From an uncultured Eubacteriaceae bacterium (GTDB lineage Bacteria > Bacillota > Clostridia > Eubacteriales > Eubacteriaceae), in contig CAMBHL010000003.1 in the NCBI GenBank assembly GCA_945867155.1, positions 160,099-200,098 of the forward strand: DNA of 40,000 nucleotides, in the 5' to 3' direction. The position numbers and the translations under genes are program-made. The notes under the pieces are model-generated. The model did not search any database. It was not told the DNA's origin and saw only the letters and a list, made by a program, of their open reading frames with translations. Below, in pieces: positions 15,382 to 22,762 of this stretch; the stretch's first letter is position 1, and each line of letters starts with the position of its first letter.

Positions 15382-16806
15382 TCAAGTTAAATCCGGGACC
15401 GCAGCTTTATAGCGGATCAGCGCTTCTTCATACGCGCCAGATGGATGCTGAAGACGTTCGAGGCTTCCCGCCTTGTACTGCTTCGCCAGATGGGACATGC
15501 CGTAAACGTAGCCCTGATCTTCGACCAGACGGACAAGGGCCGCGGCGTGATCGTCCCGCACGTCGCCCAGACGCGCCTGCATGCTCGCGACGGCTGCGTC
15601 CTTTCCCAGGTTCAAGGTCCGGTTCATGCAGTCGATATCCTGAACGATTTCCCGGGCCCATTCTTTGGCCAAAATAGCTTCGCCGTTTCGATGCAGCACG
15701 AGAAAGGCGTCCTGTCCCTGTTCAGCCACACGCCATTCGTTGTCGTCAGCCTCTTTTCGGTCACTGTTTTCGCCAATGACCGGCTTCAGCAGACAGTAGA
15801 GCAGCAGCAGGTGGACGATGTCCATGTCCAATTCGCTGATGCCGTTAGGATCAAAGGGATTGAGATCCATCGTCCGGATTTCGATGTACCGGATGCCGTC
15901 TGCCTTGAGAGAGCCCAGCCAGTTTTCCTTGGGATGGGCCGGTTTGAGCCGGGCCTGGGCGTAAAATTCCTTCGGTTCCGACAATTTGCCCTGAGCGACA
16001 AAGCCTTCTAAGTCGTCGATAAAATGCGCAATGCTGTCGTACCGGGGATACAGGGCTTCGTTGTTTTTGTAGCCGGGCGAACCGCTTCTGAATGAAATGC
16101 CCTTTTTCGAGTAATGGCTTCCCCGGTCGTCAGACCAGGGCATGAGCTTCAGACAGGATGGCATAAACGTATCGTGGGCCGCAATGGAAGCACCGGTTAA
16201 AAAAATTAAAAACCATCGGTACGTCAAATAGTTCTTCGCGATTTTCAAATACAGCCGGTTTTTAAAATCCTGATACTCAAGGGTTGGCGTATGCTGCCGC
16301 ACGCTTTGAAACAATTTCTGAACGGCCTCTTCCCCCAGCGAATAGTTAAAATGGATGCCCGAAAACATCTGTTTTTTGGCTCCGTACTTTTTCACGAGGT
16401 TCTGTCGGTACTGCATCGCCTTTTCAGCTCCAGGCGCGCCGGCATAGCGGGCAACGGGGATGTCTTTGTCATCGGGCAGCACACAGGGAATGGAGTTCGG
16501 CCAAAGGTATTCATCTTTGGGCAGAACCGCGTTGACCATGTCAGTAAGGGCGCCGAGGGTCTGGTACGCTTCGTGCACCGATGGGCACGGCGGCGTCACA
16601 ATTTCAACCTGGCTTTCCGAAAAATCCGTCGTGACGTAGGCATTGGTTAATTTATTGCCCAAGGCTGCCGGGTGCGGCGTGAGGGCCAGCTGGCCGTCTG
16701 CGTGGGCCCGGAGACTCTCCCGTTCAACGCCGAAATTGCCGGACAGCATCTCATCCGGCATCAGCGCTGCTTTAAATGTGTCAATGGTAAAAATTTCGTC
16801 TTTCAT
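15382..16806 (-). CDS. gshA: Glutamate--cysteine ligase (GshA type, stand-alone)
   Basis: 474 aa. FGVERESLRAHADGQLALTPHPAALGNKLTNAYVTTDFSESQVEIVTPP closely parallels the E. coli GshA N-terminal signature. There is no fused ATP-grasp domain. Confidence 0.85.
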   Translation of the reverse strand: MKDEIFTIDTFKAALMPDEMLSGNFGVERESLRAHADGQLALTPHPAALGNKLTNAYVTTDFSESQVEIVTPPCPSVHEAYQTLGALTDMVNAVLPKDEYLWPNSIPCVLPDDKDIPVARYAGAPGAEKAMQYRQNLVKKYGAKKQMFSGIHFNYSLGEEAVQKLFQSVRQHTPTLEYQDFKNRLYLKIAKNYLTYRWFLIFLTGASIAAHDTFMPSCLKLMPWSDDRGSHYSKKGISFRSGSPGYKNNEALYPRYDSIAHFIDDLEGFVAQGKLSEPKEFYAQARLKPAHPKENWLGSLKADGIRYIEIRTMDLNPFDPNGISELDMDIVHLLLLYCLLKPVIGENSDRKEADDNEWRVAEQGQDAFLVLHRNGEAILAKEWAREIVQDIDCMNRTLNLGKDAAVASMQARLGDVRDDHAAALVRLVEDQGYVYGMSHLAKQYKAGSLERLQHPSGAYEEALIRYKAAVPDLT

Positions 16807-16854
16807 AACCCCTGCCTGTTCAAATTGAATGAAATCAGCAATGGCCGGGAGCCG

Positions 16855-17148
16855 TTAAATCCATGTATCCTTTGCTTTAACGCCGGTCCAGTATTTGTCG
16901 ATGTCGGTGTAGACGTATTCGATGGTTTCGCCTTCCCCGGCTTCCATGAGCCGCGCGTTGGAAGGATCAGGGATTGTTTCCTTGATCTGGGATTTGTGCA
17001 CGTAATAGCGGCCGAGCACGTCTTTCGCTTCTTCCGCCACCGCATCCTTGTCTTTTCCTGAGAACGGTTCGATTTCCGGCAGATCCGGGAAATGGCAGAC
17101 GACGCGGTCTGCTTCCTGTTTGTAAACAGCAGGGTAAATTTTTAACAT
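16855..17148 (-). CDS. HicB-like (UPF0150) antitoxin-fold protein, no DNA-binding extension
   Basis: MLKIYPAVYKQEADRVVCHFPDLPEIEPFSGKDKDAVAEEAKDVLGRYY...IPDPS fits the HicB N-terminal fold pattern. The start is at ATG 17148 (RBS AAGGAAGG). Confidence 0.6.
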   Translation of the reverse strand: MLKIYPAVYKQEADRVVCHFPDLPEIEPFSGKDKDAVAEEAKDVLGRYYVHKSQIKETIPDPSNARLMEAGEGETIEYVYTDIDKYWTGVKAKDTWI

Positions 17149-17183
17149 GGTGTTACCTTCCTTTATCTCATTTCTATTTAAAT

Positions 17184-18305
17184 TCAAGCCAAAATCTGCT
17201 GCGCCTTATCGAGGGCAGCGGCGATGACGGCGTCCATATCGTAATACTTGTATTCGCCGAGACGGCCGCCGAAAATGACGTGTGCTTCCTGATCGCCCAG
17301 GGCCTTGTACTGTTCGTAAAGGGCGCTGTTCTTGTCATCGTTGACCGGGTAATAGGGTTCGTCCCCGGGCTGCCATTCCGACGAATATTCCCGGGAGATC
17401 ACGGTCTTGGGCAGATCGTTTCCGGCTTCGTCTTTGCCGAATTCAAACCATTTGTGTTCGATGATCCGGGTCCACGGCGTTTCGGCGTCGGTGTAATTGA
17501 CGGCCGCGTTGCCCTGGAAGTTGTCCGTATCCAGCACTTCGGTTTCGAAGCGGACCGAACGGTATTCCAAATGGCCGAGGCGGTAATCGAAATACGCGTC
17601 GATGGGCCCGGTGTAGACCACACAGTCGGCCATGGCGTCGAAAGCCGCCTTGTCTTTCAAATAATCCTGATTGAGTTCAATGCGGTCCACGTCGGCGATC
17701 ATGTTTTCTACCATTTTCGTGTAGCCGCCGACGGGAATGCCCTGGTGCAGGGCGTTGAAATAATTGTTGTCAAAAGTCAAGCGCACCGGCAGCCGCCTGA
17801 TGATGAAAGCCGGCAGTTCCGTGCACGGGCGCCCCCACTGCTTTTCAGTGTAGCCTTTGATGAGCTTTTCGTAGATGTCCGTCCCCACCAGGCTGATGGC
17901 CTGTTCTTCGAGGTTCTTGGGGGATGTAATCCCCGCTTCCTTACGCTGGGCTTCGATTTTCGCCGCGGCTTCCTGGGGCGTGACCACCCCCCACATCTTG
18001 TTGAACGTGTACATGTTAAAGGGCAGCGAATACAGTTCGCCCTTGTAGTTCGCCACCGGGGAATTCGTAAAGCGGTTGAACACCGCAAAACGGTTCACGT
18101 ACTGCCATACGGCTTCGTTGTTCGTGTGGAAGATGTGGGCGCCGTACTGGTGCACGTTGATCCCTTCCACCTTTTTGGTGTACACATTGCCTGCAATGTT
18201 CGGCCGCTTGTCGATCATCATCACGGTCTTTCCGGCCGCTTTCGCTTCGTGGGCGAAAACGGCGCCGTAAAGACCTGTTCCGACGATTAAATAGTCGTAT
18301 TTCAT
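17184..18305 (-). CDS. glf: UDP-galactopyranose mutase
   Basis: MKYDYLIVGTGLYGAVFAHE (FAD-binding GxGxxG) ...NVYT...GINVHQYGAHIFHT...FGGRLGEYKYYDMD is classic Glf. Confidence 0.9.
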   Translation of the reverse strand: MKYDYLIVGTGLYGAVFAHEAKAAGKTVMMIDKRPNIAGNVYTKKVEGINVHQYGAHIFHTNNEAVWQYVNRFAVFNRFTNSPVANYKGELYSLPFNMYTFNKMWGVVTPQEAAAKIEAQRKEAGITSPKNLEEQAISLVGTDIYEKLIKGYTEKQWGRPCTELPAFIIRRLPVRLTFDNNYFNALHQGIPVGGYTKMVENMIADVDRIELNQDYLKDKAAFDAMADCVVYTGPIDAYFDYRLGHLEYRSVRFETEVLDTDNFQGNAAVNYTDAETPWTRIIEHKWFEFGKDEAGNDLPKTVISREYSSEWQPGDEPYYPVNDDKNSALYEQYKALGDQEAHVIFGGRLGEYKYYDMDAVIAAALDKAQQILA

Positions 18306-18332
18306 CCTGTTCTCCATTACTGTTTATTGACG

Positions 18333-18491
18333 CTAAATCAGATGCATCAAGCCTGAAACCGCCGCGATCACCACGGCAATTCCCAAAAGTCCCACCAGCA
18401 GTCTGATCAGGCAGCCTGTCAGCTTCAGTTCAATTCTGATCACCAACAGTGCGACAATCGCTGCCACAATGTAAGAAATGATATTGTTCAT
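18333..18491 (-). CDS. Small hydrophobic protein, 52 aa (below the ORF-track cutoff)
   Basis: Hand translation: MNNIISYIVAAIVALLVIRIELKLTGCLIRLLVGLLGIAVVIAAVSGLMHLI. It has two predicted TM helices and fills the gap between the LbH gene and glf. Confidence 0.4.
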   Translation of the reverse strand: MNNIISYIVAAIVALLVIRIELKLTGCLIRLLVGLLGIAVVIAAVSGLMHLI

Positions 18492-18526
18492 ATTATAACA
18501 CTTTCTCAGGCTTTCACAAATCGAGA

Positions 18527-19186
18527 TTAACGCTTCCTGATAATTTCTCCTGAATTTTTCACGATCGATTCCGGGGCGACGACGCCGCGCACGCAGGTCG
18601 TCGGGTAAATGTTCGTGTGAGGTCCAATCACGCTCCCGGGATTGAGCACGGCGTTGCAGCCCACTTCGACGTAGTCCCCGAGCATGGCGCCGAATTTTTT
18701 CCGGCCGGTTTCGAGATTGTCTTCCCCGTCGTGCACCCAGACGTGCTGACGGTCTGCCCGGACGTTGGACGTGATGGAACCGGCGCCCATATGGGCGTGA
18801 AATCCCAGAATACTGTCCCCCACGTAATTGTAGTGAGGCGTTTCGACGTTATCGAACAAAATGACGTTCTTGAGCTCCACGGAGTTGCCAACAACGCAGT
18901 TTTCGCCGACCAAGGCTGATTCCCGGATAAAGGCGCAGTGGCGGACCTGGGTGTGGGCGCCGATGATGCACGGCGCGCCGATGTAAGCCGACGGAAAGAC
19001 CTCGGCCGTTTTGTGAATCCAGATACCTTCTTTCGGATGATCGTATGCTTCTTCAGAAAGGGATTTCCCCAATTCTAAGATCAAATCGTGAATACCTTCC
19101 AGGGCTTCCCAGGGATAGGTGAACTGCTTTAAATAATCAGCAGCCTGGGTATGATCGAGATCGAATAAATTTTGGATGGTTATCAT
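18527..19186 (-). CDS. Left-handed beta-helix (hexapeptide-repeat) protein, GlmU-C-terminal-like acyl/nucleotidyl-transferase family
   Basis: 219 aa with repeated [LIV]G-x4 hexapeptides (IGAPCIIGAHTQV..., VGENCVVGNSVEL..., VGCNAVLNPGSVIG). Confidence 0.7.
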   Translation of the reverse strand: MITIQNLFDLDHTQAADYLKQFTYPWEALEGIHDLILELGKSLSEEAYDHPKEGIWIHKTAEVFPSAYIGAPCIIGAHTQVRHCAFIRESALVGENCVVGNSVELKNVILFDNVETPHYNYVGDSILGFHAHMGAGSITSNVRADRQHVWVHDGEDNLETGRKKFGAMLGDYVEVGCNAVLNPGSVIGPHTNIYPTTCVRGVVAPESIVKNSGEIIRKR

Positions 19187-19197
19187 TGCACTTTCTC

Positions 19198-20661
19198 CTA
19201 ATGCCGGCGGTACCTTCGGGTACTGCGGTTTGTTGTTTTTTCAGACGGAATGTTTTGGGTGCTCCGGCTCTGGCGGAGCTGGCGGGCGATTTCTGCCGCC
19301 TGACTCGACGTGTCGGAAGCGTTGCGGGAGACCGGGCGGGAAGCCACCGTCGTCCTTTTATAGGGCTTCAGGGGCGTGGACTGCATCCTGGCCCGCTGGC
19401 TCGCCGACCTTCTCGCTGAAACCATGCTCCTGGGCCGGGCCGGGGCGCTGCCGATAATGGATTCAATTTCCGAAATTGGGATGTGGCGCGTGTTGGCTGT
19501 CAGGAAGTCTTTATCGTGTTCGGTGGCGAACAGCGCCACGCCGAGCGCCAGCCAGAACGTGTTGTAGTTGATGCCCAAAATCAGCTGGTCGATGATCGCG
19601 AAAAGGGCGTAAGCTGAAGACACAAAGAGCAGGTAATATTCTTCCCGCTGATACATTTTCCACAGCCCGTAGATCACGATCGCCATAAACAAAATGCTGA
19701 AGATGATCCCGTATTCCTGAAGCACCAGAATATACAGCGAGTCAATAAAATTGTAGCCGGGATTGAACACCCCGCCGTCTGTGGACATCGGGAAAGCCCG
19801 CGGCCACCATTTGACCCCCCGGGTCGTCAGCGAGGTGTATTCCAGACGGAGCCGCCCCGAAAGGGTCGCGTTCAGATTCGCCCACTTGGTCACATTGGGA
19901 TCGTAATGATACCCGGCCCACAGACAGACCGCGCCAAAAATCAAAGGCGAAATCACCAAAAACATCCACAGTGGCTTCAGCTTGTCCGCCGGAATCGTGC
20001 GGTACTGGGACAAATAGGCGAAAACCATGACCAGAATCGTCAGATAAAAGGGCAGTCTGGAATTGGTCAGAATGAACAATGCCACGTTGGCCGGACCGAG
20101 AATGAGCAGCTCCAGCTTTCCGAGTTTTTCCTTGCGAATGTACACCACAAGGGCGCTGATGTTGAACAAAAGGGTCGGCCCGAAAGAGGCGTAGCGGAAG
20201 CCCACCCAGTGCCGGGGTCTGGCCACGTAGGAATCAAAATGATTCTGAATGATGCCCGCGAAGGAGCTGAACACGATGACCGCCAGCAGAATGGAACTGA
20301 CCACGATCGTGAGCTTGACCACTTTTTCAAAGTCGATGTCCCGGGCGCAGATGATGAACACCACGATCCACGTGACCGAATCGGTCACCACATCCCCGAT
20401 GGTAAAGTTGATTACCAACAGAAAAGCAAAGCCCAAAAGCACCCCGAGCTTTTCTTTGGTGGACCGGGGCGTGTTGATGATTTCCTTGCAGATCAACAGC
20501 AGAATGCTCAAAATCAACAGCTTCGTCCCCATCGCGAACTGATAGTCGACGACGAAGAACGACGTATTGATAATCGAGACGAAGAGATAAACCGTGTACG
20601 AAATGAAGAACAGCCAGCTGTTTAAATCCGTGTTGACAAAGCGCTTGAGTTCCGCTTTCAT
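19198..20661 (-). CDS. Polytopic membrane protein, Wzy/O-antigen-polymerase-like, with an Arg/Ser-rich C-terminal tail
   Basis: It has 10 or more hydrophobic segments and a large loop with SGRLRLEY...FIDSLYILVLQEYGIIF (polymerase/ligase-like). The last ~95 aa are low-complexity and basic. ATG 20661 lies 2 nt after the lipoprotein stop. Confidence 0.65.
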   Translation of the reverse strand: MKAELKRFVNTDLNSWLFFISYTVYLFVSIINTSFFVVDYQFAMGTKLLILSILLLICKEIINTPRSTKEKLGVLLGFAFLLVINFTIGDVVTDSVTWIVVFIICARDIDFEKVVKLTIVVSSILLAVIVFSSFAGIIQNHFDSYVARPRHWVGFRYASFGPTLLFNISALVVYIRKEKLGKLELLILGPANVALFILTNSRLPFYLTILVMVFAYLSQYRTIPADKLKPLWMFLVISPLIFGAVCLWAGYHYDPNVTKWANLNATLSGRLRLEYTSLTTRGVKWWPRAFPMSTDGGVFNPGYNFIDSLYILVLQEYGIIFSILFMAIVIYGLWKMYQREEYYLLFVSSAYALFAIIDQLILGINYNTFWLALGVALFATEHDKDFLTANTRHIPISEIESIIGSAPARPRSMVSARRSASQRARMQSTPLKPYKRTTVASRPVSRNASDTSSQAAEIARQLRQSRSTQNIPSEKTTNRSTRRYRRH

Positions 20662-20663
20662 GC

Positions 20664-21164
20664 TCACCACGTCTTCACGAAGGCTTTAAGTTTGTCGATG
20701 GAAGACACCGACTTTTTGGTATTTCCGTTCACCTGGTAATATTTCGGTGTGCCGTTGGTGTTTTTCGACAAAACGCCTTTTCCCCGGATATTAAAAGCGA
20801 TGGACGTGCAGTAGCGGTCCTGATCAAAGCCAAAGACCACCGACGGCGACGTCTGGTCTTTCTGAACCACCGTGATTTGGTTGTTTGCCGAATCTTCTGA
20901 CACCGTGTACGCCGATTGATCCAGTGCGTTTACAGCCTGAAGGACATCGTCGTAAGACTGATTTTCGGCCGCCGCTCCCTGATCTTTCATGAACACGTCC
21001 TGGAACAGCGCTGTGGTTTCGTAATGGTGCGAACTGCCGGATGACGTTTTCTTCGAAGTTGTCGTCTTCGCCGATGACGCCCCGCCGCAGCCGGCCATCA
21101 CCAAGACCATCAATGCCGTTAAACCCAAAGCCCAAATCTTATTTTTTTTGATCATGTTTTTCAT
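20664..21164 (-). CDS. Lipoprotein of unknown function
   Basis: The signal peptide ends in a lipobox, LVMAGC. The mature part is Ser/Thr-rich at the N-terminus. Confidence 0.75.
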   Translation of the reverse strand: MKNMIKKNKIWALGLTALMVLVMAGCGGASSAKTTTSKKTSSGSSHHYETTALFQDVFMKDQGAAAENQSYDDVLQAVNALDQSAYTVSEDSANNQITVVQKDQTSPSVVFGFDQDRYCTSIAFNIRGKGVLSKNTNGTPKYYQVNGNTKKSVSSIDKLKAFVKTW

Positions 21165-21174
21165 CTCTCCTCTT

Positions 21175-21801
21175 TTATCTTCGCTTCCGGCTCACCGCCC
21201 GTTTGGGGATGAAAATCCGGTAAATCATATAACCGACGAAAGTTCCCAGGGTATTGTTGAAAATATCATCGAATTCAAACAGCCCGCAGTGGAAGACGTA
21301 CTGCATCACTTCGATGGACAAAGAACACGCAAAGCCAAACAGCAGCGTCTGCCAGAAACAGCGTCTGCCCCGGGCCAAGGGGAACAAAAACCCCACGGGC
21401 ATGAGCATCGCGATGTTGAGGAAAATCTGCTTGGCTAAATACCAGCTGTGCTGGGCCAGCATGCTCTTGTATTCCCAGAACAAATTGAGGTTCGCCTGGG
21501 ACGCCGCTGTCGGCACTCTGGAAAACACCGTCGAGCCGAACATCAAATACAGATACAGAATCAAAAGCCAGCCAAAAAGCAGCTGACTCGGCCGGATGCG
21601 CCGGCGGAAGCACATGACGATGCCCGCCACAAGGGAAACCGTTAAAATCAAAAGGCCGACCCGAACCATGTTCGGCGTCCAGACGGGATGATACCCTTCC
21701 CAGACGTTGCCAGCCCAGGCTTTCAAATCCGTCCGCTCAAGCTTCGCCGCCAAAGCGTTTAAGCCCCGCGTCAGCAAGGCAAAAAAATTCGTGGTTCTCA
21801 T
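21175..21801 (-). CDS. VanZ-family membrane protein
   Basis: NIAMLMPVGFLFPLA and FEFDDIFNNTLGTFVGY are VanZ-like motifs. The start is either ATG 21801 or GTG 21825. Confidence 0.8.
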   Translation of the reverse strand: MRTTNFFALLTRGLNALAAKLERTDLKAWAGNVWEGYHPVWTPNMVRVGLLILTVSLVAGIVMCFRRRIRPSQLLFGWLLILYLYLMFGSTVFSRVPTAASQANLNLFWEYKSMLAQHSWYLAKQIFLNIAMLMPVGFLFPLARGRRCFWQTLLFGFACSLSIEVMQYVFHCGLFEFDDIFNNTLGTFVGYMIYRIFIPKRAVSRKRR

Positions 21802-21873
21802 AACAATTGTCCTGCCTATCTTCACTTTGTCTAAGCATTATAGATAATCTTATTTAATGCTTCCTGAATCTTC

Positions 21874-21900
21874 AAAAAAAAAGCTCTTCCGAAGAAGAGC
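21874..21900 (-). terminator. Rho-independent terminator after the tRNA pair
   Basis: Stem GCTCTTC (21883-21889) / GAAGAGC (21894-21900) with a 4-nt loop. On the minus strand it is followed by a run of nine T (21874-21882). Confidence 0.65.
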
Positions 21901-21912
21901 GTAATTTTAAAA

Positions 21913-21987
21913 TGGAGCGGAAGACGAGATTTGAACTCGCGACCCTCGCCATGGCAAGGCGATGCTCTACCACTGAGCCACTTCCGC
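21913..21987 (-). tRNA. tRNA-Gly (anticodon GCC)
   Basis: Reverse complement: GCGGAAGTGGCTCAGTGGTAGAGCATCGCCTTGCCATGGCGAGGGTCGCGAGTTCAAATCTCGTCTTCCGCTCCA. It folds by hand into a cloverleaf with a 7-bp acceptor stem, anticodon loop TTGCCAT, T-loop TTCAAAT and an encoded CCA. Confidence 0.9.
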
Positions 21988-21991
21988 AAAA

Positions 21992-22082
21992 TGGTGCGAG
22001 GAAAGGGATTCGAACCCTCACCGCTGTATAAGGAGCGACAGGTCCCTCAAACCTGCGTGTCTGCCTGTTCCACCATCCTCGC
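21992..22082 (-). tRNA. tRNA-Leu (anticodon GAG), class II with a long variable arm
   Basis: The reverse complement starts GCGAGGATGGTGGAAC... and ends ...GAGGGTTCGAATCCCTTTCCTCGCACCA. Acceptor GCGAGGA pairs with TCCTCGC. The anticodon stem is CAGGT/ACCTG with loop TTGAGGG. The variable arm is about 19 nt and CCA is encoded. Confidence 0.85.
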
Positions 22083-22111
22083 AAACCAGTTGTTCATAAC
22101 AGAACGATATT

Positions 22112-22140
22112 ATTATAGCGAACTGTTATGAAGATTGCAA
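22112..22140 (-). promoter_or_regulatory. Near-consensus promoter for the tRNA-Leu/tRNA-Gly pair
   Basis: Reverse strand reads TTGCAA (22140-22135), a 17-nt spacer, then TATAAT (22117-22112), about 30 nt upstream of the tRNA-Leu 5' end. The -10 lies in the loop of a perfect 10-bp inverted repeat, TTCATAACAG (22093-22102) / CTGTTATGAA (22123-22132). Confidence 0.55.
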
Positions 22141-22147
22141 GTGTTTT

Positions 22148-22762
22148 TTATAAAATTTCCGTGATAAATTTTTCGACGTTCTGTTCCAACGTTTTTTCGT
22201 CCCGGCTGTTGTCGACGATCCAGTCCGCCCGGCAGATCATTTCATCGTCCGGCATCTGCAGATTTAACATCTTCTGCGCGAGCTTTTCGCCGATGTGATC
22301 CCGGGCCATGAGCCGGGCGACGCGCACCGGCGTGTGGCAGATCACCACGAGGATCTGATCCACGTAGCGTTCCTGATGGGTTTGGAAAAACATCGGGCAA
22401 TCATAGACCACAAGCGGCGTCCCGGCCTTTTGGTGATCCGCAATTGCTTCTAAAATGACCTGTTGGAGAATGGGATACTGAATGGCTTCGAGAGCCGCCT
22501 TCACATCAGGATCTTCCGTCATTTTGCGCCGGAGCAGGCCGCGGTCAAGCGCCCCGTCCGGGGTCAGCACCCCTTCGCCAAACCGCTCGACAATGAGCGG
22601 CAGAGCTTTTCCGCCCGGGGCGGTGATGGCGTGGGCCAGCTGGTCCGCGTCCACCACCGGGCAGTGATACTTCTCTTTTAACAATTTTGAGACCGAACTT
22701 TTTCCAGAGGCAATCCCTCCAGTGAGGCCGACGACAATGGATTTTCGTTTATTTGATGGCAT
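22148..22762 (-). CDS. coaE: Dephospho-CoA kinase
   Basis: P-loop VGLTGGIASGKS plus family-typical downstream sequence. ATG 22762 is preceded by AAGGAG and overlaps the polA 3' end by 14 nt. Confidence 0.9.
   Translation of the reverse strand: MPSNKRKSIVVGLTGGIASGKSSVSKLLKEKYHCPVVDADQLAHAITAPGGKALPLIVERFGEGVLTPDGALDRGLLRRKMTEDPDVKAALEAIQYPILQQVILEAIADHQKAGTPLVVYDCPMFFQTHQERYVDQILVVICHTPVRVARLMARDHIGEKLAQKMLNLQMPDDEMICRADWIVDNSRDEKTLEQNVEKFITEIL

Noticed and set aside
16855-17187. A complete HicAB toxin-antitoxin module.
   Set aside because: There is no hicA-sized ORF on either side, and the flanking gaps are only 35-48 nt. Only a solo HicB-fold gene can be supported.
17280-18290. A long 336-aa ORF on the plus strand. 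Similar long ORFs occur at 14480..15313, 19906..20625, 22722..23525, 24756..25376, 25407..26090, 36448..37119 and 38026..38829.
   Set aside because: Each lies antisense to a gene with unmistakable conserved motifs (glf, thioesterase, polymerase, polA, galE, rfbD, rfbB). Their translations are low-complexity and Arg/Gly/His/Val-rich, as expected for shadow ORFs in GC-rich coding DNA. None has an RBS.
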